Source: Trueperaceae bacterium (GTDB taxonomy: Bacteria > Deinococcota > Deinococci > Deinococcales > Trueperaceae). Taken from it: 64,000 nucleotides of DNA. The translations under genes were made by a program, and so were the position numbers. Positions 9,862 through 19,609 of the stretch are shown here, piece by piece. Under the pieces are notes generated by a model that had not been told where the DNA came from, did not search any database, and saw nothing but the letters and a program-made list of their open reading frames with translations. The first letter of the stretch is position 1. Each line of letters begins with the position of its first letter. The stretch spans positions 2,816,001 to 2,880,000 of the forward strand of contig OZ243956.1 in NCBI GenBank assembly GCA_965214405.1. The letters run 5' to 3'.

Positions 9862-11097
9862 CTAAAGCTTCACCCCGTACTCCCGCATCACCCGCCGCGC
9901 CACCACGCCCTTATGCACCTCGTCCGCGCCGTCGTAAATGCGCGCGCCCCGCTCGTGGCGGTACCAGAACGACAGCGGCGTGTCGTCGGTGACGCCCAGC
10001 GCGCCGTGGGTCTGGATGGCGCGGTCGACAACTTTCATAAGCACGTCGGCGACGAAGAATTTGATGATGGACACGTCCGTCCGGGCCGCCCGGCTGCCGT
10101 CGCGCTCGATGCGCTCCGCCGCGTCCAAAACCAAGAGCCGCGCGGCGTTGACGTCGGCTCGAGACTCCGCAATCCAGTTCTGGATGGACTGCTTGCTCGC
10201 CAAAGGCTTACCAGGTGAAAGTTCGCGCTCCGCGGCGCGCGTACACATGAGGTCAAAGGCGCGCTCGCAGATGCCAATCCAGCGCATACAGTGGTGGATG
10301 CGCCCCGGACCCAGACGCTGCTGCGCGATGGCGAAGCCCGCGTTTTCCTCGCCCAATAGGTTTTCGGCGGGCACGCGGAGGTTTTCAAAGCGCAACTCTG
10401 AGTGGCTGTGGTGGTCCTCGCCCTCCTCGCCGACGATTTTGATGCGCCGCACGTGGATGAGGCCCGGCGCGTCGGAGGGCGTGATGAGCATACTTGCGCG
10501 CTCGTGCGGCTTCTCGGCCTCGGGATTCGTCACCGCCATGATGATGACGAACGAGGAGCCGTCGAAGCCCGTTGTAAACCACTTGTGCCCGTTAATCACA
10601 TAATCATCGCCGTCTTTTTGGGCCGTGGTGCTCATCCACACCGGGTTCGAGCCCGCGTGCGCGGGTTCGGTCATCGCAAAGGCGCTGCGGACGCTTCCCG
10701 CGATGAGCGGTTCTAAAAACGCTTCTTGCTGCGCGGGCGTGCCGTACTGGTGCAAAATCTCCATATTGCCCGCGTCGGGCGCTTGGCAGTTAAAGGCGTG
10801 GTGGCCCAGGGGCGAGCGCCCCAACACCTCACTTAGGCGGCCAAAATCGGGGAGCGACAGCCCCAGCCCACCCGCCTCGGCGGGCATCTGCGGTGTGAAC
10901 AGACCCATCGCCTTGGTTTTCTCCCGCTTCTCGCGCAACTGCGGCAGCACCGCGCCGAAGCCGTTTTGTAAGAAGGTGGGCTCGAGCGGATAAAGCTCCG
11001 TCTCGACAAAGTCCCTGGCGCGTTCAAGCACCTCGGAAAATTCATCCACGCGCGCCTCACCCGAACGTCCCAAAATGCTACTCATCTCGGCCTCCAA
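9862..11097 (-). CDS. Acyl-CoA dehydrogenase (ACAD10/11 or LvaC-like)
   Basis: FNCQAPDAGNME, RLGPGRIHHCMR and RIYDGADEVH motifs. Confidence 0.92.
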   Translation of the reverse strand: MEAEMSSILGRSGEARVDEFSEVLERARDFVETELYPLEPTFLQNGFGAVLPQLREKREKTKAMGLFTPQMPAEAGGLGLSLPDFGRLSEVLGRSPLGHHAFNCQAPDAGNMEILHQYGTPAQQEAFLEPLIAGSVRSAFAMTEPAHAGSNPVWMSTTAQKDGDDYVINGHKWFTTGFDGSSFVIIMAVTNPEAEKPHERASMLITPSDAPGLIHVRRIKIVGEEGEDHHSHSELRFENLRVPAENLLGEENAGFAIAQQRLGPGRIHHCMRWIGICERAFDLMCTRAAERELSPGKPLASKQSIQNWIAESRADVNAARLLVLDAAERIERDGSRAARTDVSIIKFFVADVLMKVVDRAIQTHGALGVTDDTPLSFWYRHERGARIYDGADEVHKGVVARRVMREYGVKL

Positions 11098-11106
11098 CTC
11101 TAAACA

Positions 11107-11877
11107 TCATGAAACGATGTATCCCCCGTCCACCATGTACACCCCGCCCGTGCAGTAGGCCGACGCGTCGGACGCCAAAAAGACGGCGGTGCCGACGAGG
11201 TCTTCGGGTTCTCCAAGCCGTTTGATGGGCAACCGGTTCACAAACTCTTTGGTCAGCGCCTCGTTACCCCACATCGCCTCGCTAAATTTCGTCTTGATGA
11301 GGCCGGGGCAGATCGCGTTGGCCCGAACCCCGTCCCCGCCCCAATCCTGCGCCATCGCCTGCGTGAGAGAAATCAAGGCCGCCTTGGACGCGCTGTAGAC
11401 GCCGATGCCCGGCTCCGGCTTGAGCCCGCCGATGGACGAGATGTTGATAACCGAGCCTCCACCGCGTTCTCTCATGCTGGGTAGGGCGCGCTTGCAAAGC
11501 TCGAGCGGCCCCTTCAGATTTACGTCCATGATTTTGTCAAACGCGCCCGCGTCGGTGTTCTGAACGGGACCATAGACGGGATTGGCGGCGGCGTTGTTGA
11601 CAATAATGTCGACGCCGCCGTAAGTTCGCAGCGTGGTGTCAACCAAGGCTTGTACTTGCTCCGTCTCCCCCATGTGCGCCGCCACCCCTACCGCCTCGCC
11701 GCCCACTTCTTTAATAGCTTCCGCCACCTCGTCCACGGCGGCTTGCTTGCGGCTGCTCACCACGACCTTGGCACCCTGCGCGGCGAGCGCGTGGGCTATG
11801 GCCTCACCGATGCCCTTGCTTGCGCCCGTCACCACGGCGACCTTGCCGTCGAGGCGGAAAAGCTTCAAAACGTCCAC
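11107..11877 (-). CDS. SDR family oxidoreductase (DHRS4 or LvaD-like)
   Basis: TGASKGIG, VSSRK, NNAAANP and YSASK motifs; GGAGG SD before GTG. Confidence 0.92.
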   Translation of the reverse strand: MDVLKLFRLDGKVAVVTGASKGIGEAIAHALAAQGAKVVVSSRKQAAVDEVAEAIKEVGGEAVGVAAHMGETEQVQALVDTTLRTYGGVDIIVNNAAANPVYGPVQNTDAGAFDKIMDVNLKGPLELCKRALPSMRERGGGSVINISSIGGLKPEPGIGVYSASKAALISLTQAMAQDWGGDGVRANAICPGLIKTKFSEAMWGNEALTKEFVNRLPIKRLGEPEDLVGTAVFLASDASAYCTGGVYMVDGGYIVS

Positions 11878-12007
11878 GTGTAAAGCCTCCTGTTAGGTCA
11901 GCATACACCGTTGGGGTTTGGGAAAAGTTTGTTCATGAACCCTTGTTTGTTCGGGTGGGGCGTCAGTAACTTGTGGGTAGTACCCTCACCAACCGTTGCC
12001 ACGTATC

Positions 12008-12024
12008 TGTACATCATGTACACT
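12008..12024 (+). promoter_or_regulatory. TA autoregulatory operator overlapping the -10 box
   Basis: TGTACA-N3-TGTACA (YefM-type operator core) overlapping TACACT, which is 6 nt before ATG 12031. Confidence 0.65.
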
Positions 12025-12030
12025 TCCCTT

Positions 12031-12276
12031 ATGAACAAATTGCCTCTTCAGGTCAGTATGACCGAATTCCGCGATAACCTTGCGGCTTACCTCGACCTCG
12101 TTGCGCGCGGCAAAACGGTCACCATCACCCGGCGCGGCAAACCGAGCGCGGAACTCAAAACCGTTGAAGCCGCTCCTGCTGTTGACGTGGCGGAGCTCGA
12201 GGCCTTCAGGGCTTCATTGGGCGTGCGCGTTGAGGAGGGTATTGTGGTTAGGGCGAGGCGGGAGGAGCGGTATTAG
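12031..12276 (+). CDS. Phd/YefM family antitoxin
   Basis: SMTEFRDNLAAYLDLV..G..VTITRRGKP pattern. Confidence 0.88.
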   Translation: MNKLPLQVSMTEFRDNLAAYLDLVARGKTVTITRRGKPSAELKTVEAAPAVDVAELEAFRASLGVRVEEGIVVRARREERY

Positions 12277-12720
12277 TATTTTGACACCAGCGCGGTGCTG
12301 CCCCTTTACCTGAACGAACCGGCCTCCGTGGCGGCGCAGGCTGCCCTAGCGCGCGATTTTGGACAACTTGTGATGTCGGCGTCGGCGCTTACCCTCGCCG
12401 AGTTGCGCTCCGGGCTCGCAAGGTACGAGCGAGAGGGTGTGCTAAATGCTGAGCAGGCCGAGCGCGTGTTTGGGCGAGCGCAACGTGACTTGGCCGGAAC
12501 GCCGCGGCGCCTCGAGGTGAGCCAAGACGTGCTCAACGAGACCATTCGGCTTTTGAGCGCTTACCGTGACCTCACGAGCCGAACGCTCGACGCGCTTCAC
12601 GTCGCAACCTGTTTGCGCTACGGAACGCGCGGTTTTGTAACCAATGACAAGCAGCAAGCGCAGTTTGCTCGAGCGGTGGGACTCCACGCACATTGGCTTG
12701 GAGGCAGCCTCGAGCCTTGA
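12277..12720 (+). pseudogene. vapC: VapC (PIN) toxin lacking a start codon ahead of its first catalytic motif
   Basis: YFDTSAVL, RTLDALHVA and FVTND motifs; the domain starts immediately after the antitoxin TAG in the same frame. Confidence 0.7.
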
Positions 12721-12764
12721 CCCCCAGTGTCCATAAACAGTGTTTATGAAAATTCCTATAACCG

Positions 12765-13310
12765 CTACGAAAGCCTGTGCTTTTCAAACCGCTCCTTATT
12801 TTTCACACCCTGCAACAACGCCGGGTTGAGCCGCTTGTCTTTGAGGTCGCCGTGCAACACCGAGATGTCGCCTGTACTCTCCAGCACCACAGCCTGCACC
12901 TGGTCGAAGTCGAGCACGTTCGCTTCGCGCAGCTTGCCGTAGATGTCGTCCTCGGTCACGCGCGTCGCCAGCAGCGTATCCCTAAAAAATGTGCCGCCCG
13001 CCATGAGCAAAACGGGTTCGTTGTCGGTCACGCTTACGCTGGTGTTAGAGCGCAACCAAGACACGAAGCGCTGACAAGCGAGCAGCGCGATCAGGGCCGC
13101 AGCACCCTCGAGCAGCGAAGGCGTCGGGCTCACCACCGTGCTGGCGATCACGCTACCCGTCGCCACGGTAATGGCAAAGTCGAAGCTCGACATTTTTGAA
13201 AAAGTGCGGAGGCCGTTTAGGCGCGTAAACAAGATGATGGCGAAGTAGATGCCCACGGTTGATAAAAGGATCCATAATACGCTGCTGGCGGATGTATTGA
13301 GCCATTCCAT
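12765..13310 (-). CDS. DUF421 (YetF-like) membrane protein
   Basis: GLRTFSKMSSFDF and VVLESTGDISV motifs; SD GAGGAG before ATG 13310. Confidence 0.88.
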   Translation of the reverse strand: MEWLNTSASSVLWILLSTVGIYFAIILFTRLNGLRTFSKMSSFDFAITVATGSVIASTVVSPTPSLLEGAAALIALLACQRFVSWLRSNTSVSVTDNEPVLLMAGGTFFRDTLLATRVTEDDIYGKLREANVLDFDQVQAVVLESTGDISVLHGDLKDKRLNPALLQGVKNKERFEKHRLS

Positions 13311-13505
13311 AGTTTTCTCCTCGAGATGATGTTTGCCGTTGGTATTTACTGCTGGCATCCACTGCTGATGTTTGTCAGTGGTGAATGTGTTTCATTGAGA
13401 AGGACGCGAGGCACATGAGTATTCGCATCCTTCTTGCTCTTTACTTCTCCTCACTTCCCCCACATGGCAAAACTTGCAGTGAATAAGCTTAAACGTCAAT
13501 AAACC

Positions 13506-14375
13506 CTAGTCCCCCGCCCTCTGCACCTCTCGCCTCGCCTTACGCGGCTTGAATTTGAACTCGCTCACCACCATCGCCAGCACCACCAGCGCGCCGCCGA
13601 GCCATCCCAAGAGCCCCAGCGCCTCACCGAGCAAAAGGTAGGCGAAAAGCGCGGCGAAAGCGGGCTCGAGCACGAAGATAAGCGCCGCCAGATAGGCGGG
13701 CACCACCCGCTGCGCGTAGGTTTGCAGCACCGTCACCAGCGCCGTGGCGACGACGCCCAGGTAGGCGACGGCCAAGAACGTCTCGAGCGACACCTCACGT
13801 AGTGCGCCCAGCGTCGGAAACGCCCAAGCCCAAGCGAGAAGCGCCATCATCCAGAGTTGGAGGCTGCTGAGGACCAGCGGGTCGTGTTTGGGCGCGACCT
13901 CACCCAAATAAACGATGTAGAGCGCGTAGGCCAGCGCGGTGCCGAGCACCCACACGTCGCCCCCGTTCACGCCGCTTGCACCCGTGACCGTCATCAGCCC
14001 TAAACCCACAAGCGCCACGAGCGCCGCCAAAAAGGCGCGCGGCGGCACGCGGTTACGAAACCACGCCGCGCTGACCAGGGGCGTGAGGATGACGCTCAAG
14101 CCCGTGATAAACGCCGCCTTGGAGGCGGTGGTGAGGGTTAGCCCGAGCGTCTGAGTGGCGAAACCGGCAAAGGCCAAAAGCCCCAGCACGAGCCCCGGTT
14201 TGAGCGCGCGCCGCTGTGGCTTGACCCAGCTCAGTAGGAGCGCGGCCACGCTAAAACGTAGCGCGAGTAAGAGGGGCGCAGGGATGTCAGAAAGCGCGCC
14301 CTTGACAATCGCAAACGTCGTGCCCCACACCAGGGTGATGCCAACGAGGGTGATGACGCCGAGCGCGGGAGACAT
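13506..14375 (-). CDS. DMT/EamA family transporter
   Basis: WGTTF, TASKAAFITGL and LEPAFAA motifs; about 10 TM helices. Confidence 0.9.
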   Translation of the reverse strand: MSPALGVITLVGITLVWGTTFAIVKGALSDIPAPLLLALRFSVAALLLSWVKPQRRALKPGLVLGLLAFAGFATQTLGLTLTTASKAAFITGLSVILTPLVSAAWFRNRVPPRAFLAALVALVGLGLMTVTGASGVNGGDVWVLGTALAYALYIVYLGEVAPKHDPLVLSSLQLWMMALLAWAWAFPTLGALREVSLETFLAVAYLGVVATALVTVLQTYAQRVVPAYLAALIFVLEPAFAALFAYLLLGEALGLLGWLGGALVVLAMVVSEFKFKPRKARREVQRAGD

Positions 14376-14525
14376 GAGGGCGATTGTGGCATGTTTAGTG
14401 GGGGCGGACAAGTAGCGTAGAATTGAAGGTGTCCCAGATTGTGTGTTTGAGCGAGTTTCTTTGTGTCGGCGACAAAACCCGTGTGGAGCTATATACAATC
14501 TGTGGTACACCGCCTAAAGTCAGGC

Positions 14526-15008
14526 ATGACGCCTCACAGCTACCGGATCGGTTTTGGTGAAGACGCTCACCGACTAGAAGTGGGGCGACCCCTCATCATT
14601 GGCGGGGTCAAGATACCCAGCAGCCCCCACGGCGCCGTTGCCCACAGCGACGGGGACGTTCTCCTACATGCGTTATCCGACGCGCTACTCTCGGCGTTTG
14701 CTTTGGGCGACATCGGACACTATTTCCCGCCGTCCGACCCAGCGTTTAAGAACATGGAAAGCGCAAAGATTCTAGCGCGGGTGCTCGAGCTTTTGGAAGA
14801 GCGGGAGGAAAGCCCGGAGATAGTCAATGTGGCCGCTGTTGTCACGCTTGATAAACCTAAACTCGAGCCCCACCGCGCCGCCATTGCCGCCCGAGTTGCG
14901 GGGCTCTTAAATCTACCGCAAGACCGCGTCGGTGTAGGGTTCAAGACCAGCGAAGGACTCGCGCCCGCGCACATCCAGGCGCGAGTCACGGTGCTGTTAA
15001 AAGGTTGA
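14526..15008 (+). CDS. ispF: 2-C-methyl-D-erythritol 2,4-cyclodiphosphate synthase
   Basis: [19 protein letters not shown] and GDIGHYFP motifs. Confidence 0.95.
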   Translation: MTPHSYRIGFGEDAHRLEVGRPLIIGGVKIPSSPHGAVAHSDGDVLLHALSDALLSAFALGDIGHYFPPSDPAFKNMESAKILARVLELLEEREESPEIVNVAAVVTLDKPKLEPHRAAIAARVAGLLNLPQDRVGVGFKTSEGLAPAHIQARVTVLLKG

Positions 15009-15015
15009 GCATGAG

Positions 15016-15047
15016 AAAACCCCCTCGAGACGTCTCGAGGGGGTTTT
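15016..15047. terminator. Bidirectional terminator (perfect 32-bp palindrome)
   Basis: AAAACCCCCTCGAGAC|GTCTCGAGGGGGTTTT between convergent genes. Confidence 0.85.
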
Positions 15048-15068
15048 GGCTAATGTTTTAGCTGAATG

Positions 15069-16157
15069 TTACGGGCGGAAGGTGATACCCGCGCTGACTG
15101 TCGGGTAGATTTGGTCGTAGTTGTACTCCGGGGTACCGGCGGGCGCTTCATTAAAGTAGTAGTCAACACCTGCCTCGGCGAAGACGCCGAACTTGCTCGA
15201 GAGGCCGAGTTCGGCTCCCAGGATGCCCGCCGCGAAGAGGCCGTCGTTCGCTTGAGGGGCGTCGCTGAGGTTGTACGAGTAACCCGCGCCTGCGCCGACG
15301 TAGCCGCGCAAGCCGCCGCTACCCAGGGTGTAGGTGAGGTAACCGATGCCGGTGATGGTGCCGTCAGAAATGGTGCTCTGGCGACCATAGTCGGCGGTTG
15401 CGCGCAGGCCGAAGCCCGCAATCGCGCGGTCGACACCCACGTTGAGGCGCACGCCGATGCGGTCGTTGAGCTCGTTGAACGCGCCGAGACCGATGTAGAA
15501 GGGGCTGCGGTCTCTGTCGACGACCACTTCCTCGAGCGGAGCAGGTGCGGGCGTAGGCGCGGGCGGCGTGACCTCTACGGTCTCACCTGCGGCACCTGCC
15601 GGACCCTGCGGGCCTTCAGGGCCTTGTGGACCCTGCGGGCCTTCGGGGCCTTGTGGACCCTCGGGACCTTGCGGGCCTACCGGACCCTGTGGGCCTTCAG
15701 GACCCTGCGGACCCTGGAGTTCGCCCGAGGCGATTTGCTGGCGCAACGCCTCGAGTTCGGCGGTCAAGCTGTCGACTTGCTGCTGCAGCGTCATCATGTC
15801 TTGCTGACCGGACTCCAACGCGCTCACGCGGTTGCCAAGCGAATCGACGGTGGAGCCGAGTTCTTGAACCGCGTTGCGGAGCGAGTCGAGGTCGTCTTGG
15901 CTCAGCATTTGGCTCGCCATCTGCTGGTCCACCACGTCGAGCAAGCGCGAAATCACGAGCGCCGCTTGGTAACGCGTGAAGCTCTCGTTGCCGCGGAAGG
16001 TGCCGTCAGGAAAGCCGACGACGATGCCCAAATCGGCAATCCGCGCGACCGCGTCGCTTGCCCAGTGGCCCGCCGGGATGTCCGGGAACGCCTGGCTTTG
16101 CGCGAAGGCGCCACTCGCAACGAGCGCCGCGAGGGAAACTAACATAATTCTCTTCAT
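15069..16157 (-). CDS. SlpA-like protein: signal peptide, SLH domain, coiled coil, collagen-like repeat and small outer-membrane beta-barrel
   Basis: [28 protein letters not shown]; heptad region; (G-X-Y)15; alternating beta-strands ending AGITFRP. Confidence 0.85.
   Translation of the reverse strand: MKRIMLVSLAALVASGAFAQSQAFPDIPAGHWASDAVARIADLGIVVGFPDGTFRGNESFTRYQAALVISRLLDVVDQQMASQMLSQDDLDSLRNAVQELGSTVDSLGNRVSALESGQQDMMTLQQQVDSLTAELEALRQQIASGELQGPQGPEGPQGPVGPQGPEGPQGPEGPQGPQGPEGPQGPAGAAGETVEVTPPAPTPAPAPLEEVVVDRDRSPFYIGLGAFNELNDRIGVRLNVGVDRAIAGFGLRATADYGRQSTISDGTITGIGYLTYTLGSGGLRGYVGAGAGYSYNLSDAPQANDGLFAAGILGAELGLSSKFGVFAEAGVDYYFNEAPAGTPEYNYDQIYPTVSAGITFRP
15579..15713 (-). repeat. Collagen-like (Gly-Pro-X) repeat, 15 triplets
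   Basis: [45 protein letters not shown]. Confidence 0.95.
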
Positions 16158-16537
16158 TTTACCTCCTGGTTTTCAAATCTGGTTCGCTTCTGTGGTGCGT
16201 TTCTTGGGGCGTGCCCCCCAAACTTATAACACAAACTTTCAGGGTACGTTTTACGTCGAACAGTGGCACCTCCTTTTCATTGATGAGCGCGTCCCCCAGG
16301 CGCAACGTCACAGCGTGTGAAGCTGGCGTGAGCTTCAGAACACCCAGTGACGATGCGAAAGAAGCTCCACGAGCGCCCGGCGGTTCCGTTCATCTCGCTA
16401 GAGACACGGTAGAAGGTTCGCTTTTGGGACACTTGAGCCGGGAACACAAACGTCACTATAAGGAGGGAGCTGAGAAAAGCGTATGAAAAAGTTAACGCTT
16501 CTTGCGAGCGGGCGGCAGTTTCTGAGCTCGAGCTGGG

Positions 16538-16861
16538 CTAAACTTCTTGGTAGACCACAAAAACTTCCCCGTCCTCGACCAAGGTTTCAAAAAGGCGAAT
16601 CTTTTTTACCGCGGGAAGGCTGGGGCGTCCCGTCTGGAGGTCGAACTTGGCCCCGTGGTACTGGCATTTCACCGAACCTTCTAAAAGTTCGCCGTCGTGC
16701 AAGGGGTATTTTGCGTGGGTACACCTGTCCGGCAGGGCGTAAAAAGACCCCTGCTGGTGAATAATCAGCACGTCTTGTTCACCTACTCGCACCACGTTCA
16801 TGGAGTCCTCTGGAAAATTCTCAACGGAGCCCACAGCCACGCGTCCTTCTGTTACCGCCAC
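16538..16861 (-). CDS. Rieske-type ferredoxin associated with suf
   Basis: CTH...CQYH Rieske ligands. Confidence 0.92.
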   Translation of the reverse strand: MAVTEGRVAVGSVENFPEDSMNVVRVGEQDVLIIHQQGSFYALPDRCTHAKYPLHDGELLEGSVKCQYHGAKFDLQTGRPSLPAVKKIRLFETLVEDGEVFVVYQEV

Positions 16862-16929
16862 AGTGTTCCTTTCACGAGTTTGCAGGGGGAAAAGTGAAAG
16901 AAGCGTTCTCAGAACGCTTCTCTTAAAGC

Positions 16930-18240
16930 TTAAAGTTTTTCCGTGACTCCGGGCACGCCCAACTTGGCCTGCACCACCCGCTCGACGTACTCGGCCACCT
17001 TGGGCAGCGTCACGCGGCCCATCACCTCGTGCAAAAAGCCCGTCACGAGCACGTGCTCGGCGACTTCGGGCGGCAGGCCGCGGCTCATGAGGTAGAAGCG
17101 CTGGTCCTCGGGGACCGGGCCGGTCGTCGAGCCGTGCGAGCAGCGCACGTCGTTGGCGGCAATCTCCAACTGCGGGATGCTCACCGCCTCGGATTCTGCG
17201 TCGAGGAGCAAGTTACGGTTCGTCTGGTACGCGTCGGTTTTCTGCGCGCCCTCGTCCACCTGGATGATGCCCGAATAGACCGCCGTCGAGGCGTCGCGCA
17301 AGGCGCCCTTAAAGAGCAGGTCGCTGTGCGCGTGGTCCGCTGCGTGGTGCTGCACGGTGTACTGGTTATAGTGTTGGCCCTTGTCGGCAAAGTAGAGCCC
17401 GAGCATTTCCGAGTCCGCGCCGGGACCCGCCAACTCGCACTCGACTTCGGCCCGCGCCGCGTCCGCCCCGACGCTGACCGTAAGCGACTCTAAGCGGCTG
17501 TTGCGGTCTAGGTGCGCGCGCAGCTTGTTGATGTGGACCACGTCGCGGCTCCAGTTCTGGAGCGAAACGTAGCGCAGCCCCGCGCCGTCTTTGAGGATGA
17601 TTTCGGTTGCGCCCGAGACCACCAGGCGTTCGTCAAAGGATTCGCTGGTGTACTCGTCCAGATAGGTGACCTTGGCATTTACGTCCACCACAACGAGCGT
17701 ACGCGGGGTGATGAGGCCGCCGCGGTCGGCGGTGGTAAACGCGCCCAGGGGCAGCGCCACCTCGACGTTGCGGGGCACGTAAACGAAAGTGCCATTCTCC
17801 CACAAGGCTGAGTTGAGCGCGGTGTATTTCGTCTGGGTCGCGTTGACCGTGCTGTAAAGATGTTCGCGCACCAAATCTTCGTGCTCACGGAGCGCGGTGC
17901 GGAGGTCGGTGAAAATGACGCCCGCCTCGGTGATTTTCGAGTCGCGGTAGACGACTTCGGGACCCTTGTGGACAAGCACGCCCTCGGCGTCGGAGTCGGT
18001 GATGCGCATCTGAATGCGGTTTGACACCTCGCGGCTGCGGGGCTCTTTCACGAGTTCTAAGCCGTTTATGCCAAAGCGCTCCAACTGGCTGTAGCGCCAA
18101 ACCTCGTCGCGGTTGGTGGGGGCGGGCAACGCTTCAAAAGAGCGCAACGCCGCGCGCCGCTCTTCAGCGAGCCAGTCGGGCTCGTCATATTTTTGGATGA
18201 TGGCCTCGAGCGCCTCGAGGTAAACCTGCGTTGTAATCAT
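16930..18240 (-). CDS. sufD: Fe-S cluster assembly protein SufD
   Basis: EVWRYS, PQLEIAANDVRCSHG and FYLMSRG motifs. Confidence 0.95.
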   Translation of the reverse strand: MITTQVYLEALEAIIQKYDEPDWLAEERRAALRSFEALPAPTNRDEVWRYSQLERFGINGLELVKEPRSREVSNRIQMRITDSDAEGVLVHKGPEVVYRDSKITEAGVIFTDLRTALREHEDLVREHLYSTVNATQTKYTALNSALWENGTFVYVPRNVEVALPLGAFTTADRGGLITPRTLVVVDVNAKVTYLDEYTSESFDERLVVSGATEIILKDGAGLRYVSLQNWSRDVVHINKLRAHLDRNSRLESLTVSVGADAARAEVECELAGPGADSEMLGLYFADKGQHYNQYTVQHHAADHAHSDLLFKGALRDASTAVYSGIIQVDEGAQKTDAYQTNRNLLLDAESEAVSIPQLEIAANDVRCSHGSTTGPVPEDQRFYLMSRGLPPEVAEHVLVTGFLHEVMGRVTLPKVAEYVERVVQAKLGVPGVTEKL

Positions 18241-18267
18241 GTTACGTCTCCTGTTGAAAAGCGCGTA

Positions 18268-18591
18268 CTAAAATCTGTCGTCCCGGTAGTTGGGTGCTCG
18301 GCTGGTGTGAGCAACCGCTAAAACGAAAAGCAGTTCCTCGGTCAGGACGTACAGAACAGCGTAAGGGAAGTGGGGGAGCAGTCGGCGGCGGACGCCCTTC
18401 GGGCTAACGGTGGGCGCGGCTTCGGGGAACTCGAGCAGCAGGTCCAGAGTGACGTTCAGCTCCGCGCGAAACGCTTCCCCCAAGCCCGCACGCTGCATGT
18501 CTAAGTAGGCTTCAATCTCGAGCGTTTCTTCTAACGCGGCCTCGGTGTAAGCTTCACGGTAGGGTCCGGCCACGCTTGCGAGCTTCCTCAC
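18268..18591 (-). CDS. ParE/RelE family toxin (start uncertain, possible N-terminal frameshift)
   Basis: GLGEAF, FPE, RRRLLPHFPYAVLY and VLAVAHTSRAP motifs. Confidence 0.75.
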   Translation of the reverse strand: MRKLASVAGPYREAYTEAALEETLEIEAYLDMQRAGLGEAFRAELNVTLDLLLEFPEAAPTVSPKGVRRRLLPHFPYAVLYVLTEELLFVLAVAHTSRAPNYRDDRF

Positions 18592-18775
18592 CAGGAATAA
18601 CGTTCATCTCGCCCCGCTCGGTCAGACGGAGCCGCCGTTCGGCCTCCTCAACCCAGAGTGCGGCAACTTCTTCTTTAGAGGGCTGCTCGAGCGTTTTCAG
18701 CAACGCTTCCGCCAAAGCCGCCCGTTCCCTGAGGCTCAAAGTTAGAGCTTGTGTTTTGACTTCCTCAAAGCTCAT
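18554..18775 (-). CDS. Addiction-module antitoxin
   Basis: ALTLSLRERAALAEALL, WVEEAERR and IPGEE pattern; directly upstream of the toxin. Confidence 0.85.
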   Translation of the reverse strand: MSFEEVKTQALTLSLRERAALAEALLKTLEQPSKEEVAALWVEEAERRLRLTERGEMNVIPGEEARKRGRTLP

Positions 18776-18810
18776 GGGTCTGATTCAAAACTTCTCGCGT
18801 AACCGCGCCT

Positions 18811-19302
18811 CTACTCTTTCTCGGTGATGAGGCTGAAGTCGCCGACGAAGTCACCGTCACGCCTCAGGGTAAGACCGCCTCCAAAAAGGTTGCCACTGCC
18901 GTAAGTGAGAGTGGTGCTCGCTGTGTAATCTGGGGCGGCAACAAAATCCATTGTCAAATCGGCGTCATATCTTCCAGCAAGTTCCGACTCTGACGTCGTC
19001 CTTAACGTGCCGCTTATGACGCCCGTATCATCTTCGAAATCAAAGTCATTGTCGTTGGTCATCGTGCCTGATATCTGCCCGTTCGTCACGGTAAAGGTGG
19101 TTAAGCCGTTGAAAAAGACGTCGTTGGTCTCGTCGTTTATCTGGTAGGTGCCGTTGTAGGTCCCGTTCAAGTCTGCTAAAGAACCGCTAGGAAGGTTGCC
19201 ACCGCCGCCACCACCCGGCGCCGTGTTTCCACCGCAAGCCGTCAAAAATACTGCGGTTAAACCTAAAAGTGCTGCGCGTTTGAAAAAGCTAAATGTCTTC
19301 AT
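18811..19302 (-). CDS. Hypothetical lipoprotein
   Basis: Lipobox LTAC, Gly linker and beta-rich domain. Confidence 0.75.
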   Translation of the reverse strand: MKTFSFFKRAALLGLTAVFLTACGGNTAPGGGGGGNLPSGSLADLNGTYNGTYQINDETNDVFFNGLTTFTVTNGQISGTMTNDNDFDFEDDTGVISGTLRTTSESELAGRYDADLTMDFVAAPDYTASTTLTYGSGNLFGGGLTLRRDGDFVGDFSLITEKE

Positions 19303-19354
19303 GAGTCACCTTCCTTTTCGTCTCGAGTTCTATCACACTGAATGAGGTGCTTAA

Positions 19355-19609
19355 TCATTTATAAGCATCCTTTCTGTGAGCCACGCGCAGAATGCTGATG
19401 ACGCGCGCTTCTGTGTCGATCTCGTAAATGATTCTATAACTTCCTACGCGTACTCGGTACACTTCTTCGCCTTTGAGCTTCACCACACCCTGTTTAAGGG
19501 GATTCTCAGCCAAGCCCTCGAGGGTTGCCACAACCCTTTTCTGCGCCTCCTGATTCAAGCTCCGCAGCTCTTTCTCCACTTAGAGATAGAAGCGTACGTG
19601 ATAGCTCAC
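19355..19609 (-). pseudogene. relE: RelE toxin with a nonsense codon at position 10
   Basis: GTG start overlaps the antitoxin TGA; reads MSYHVRFYL*VEKELRSL...YRVRVGSYRIIY...HRKDAYK. Confidence 0.85.

Noticed and set aside
15066..16142. 358-aa plus-strand ORF and many similar antisense ORFs in the track
   Set aside because: They shadow well-supported genes on the opposite strand, as expected in high-GC DNA, and show no motifs
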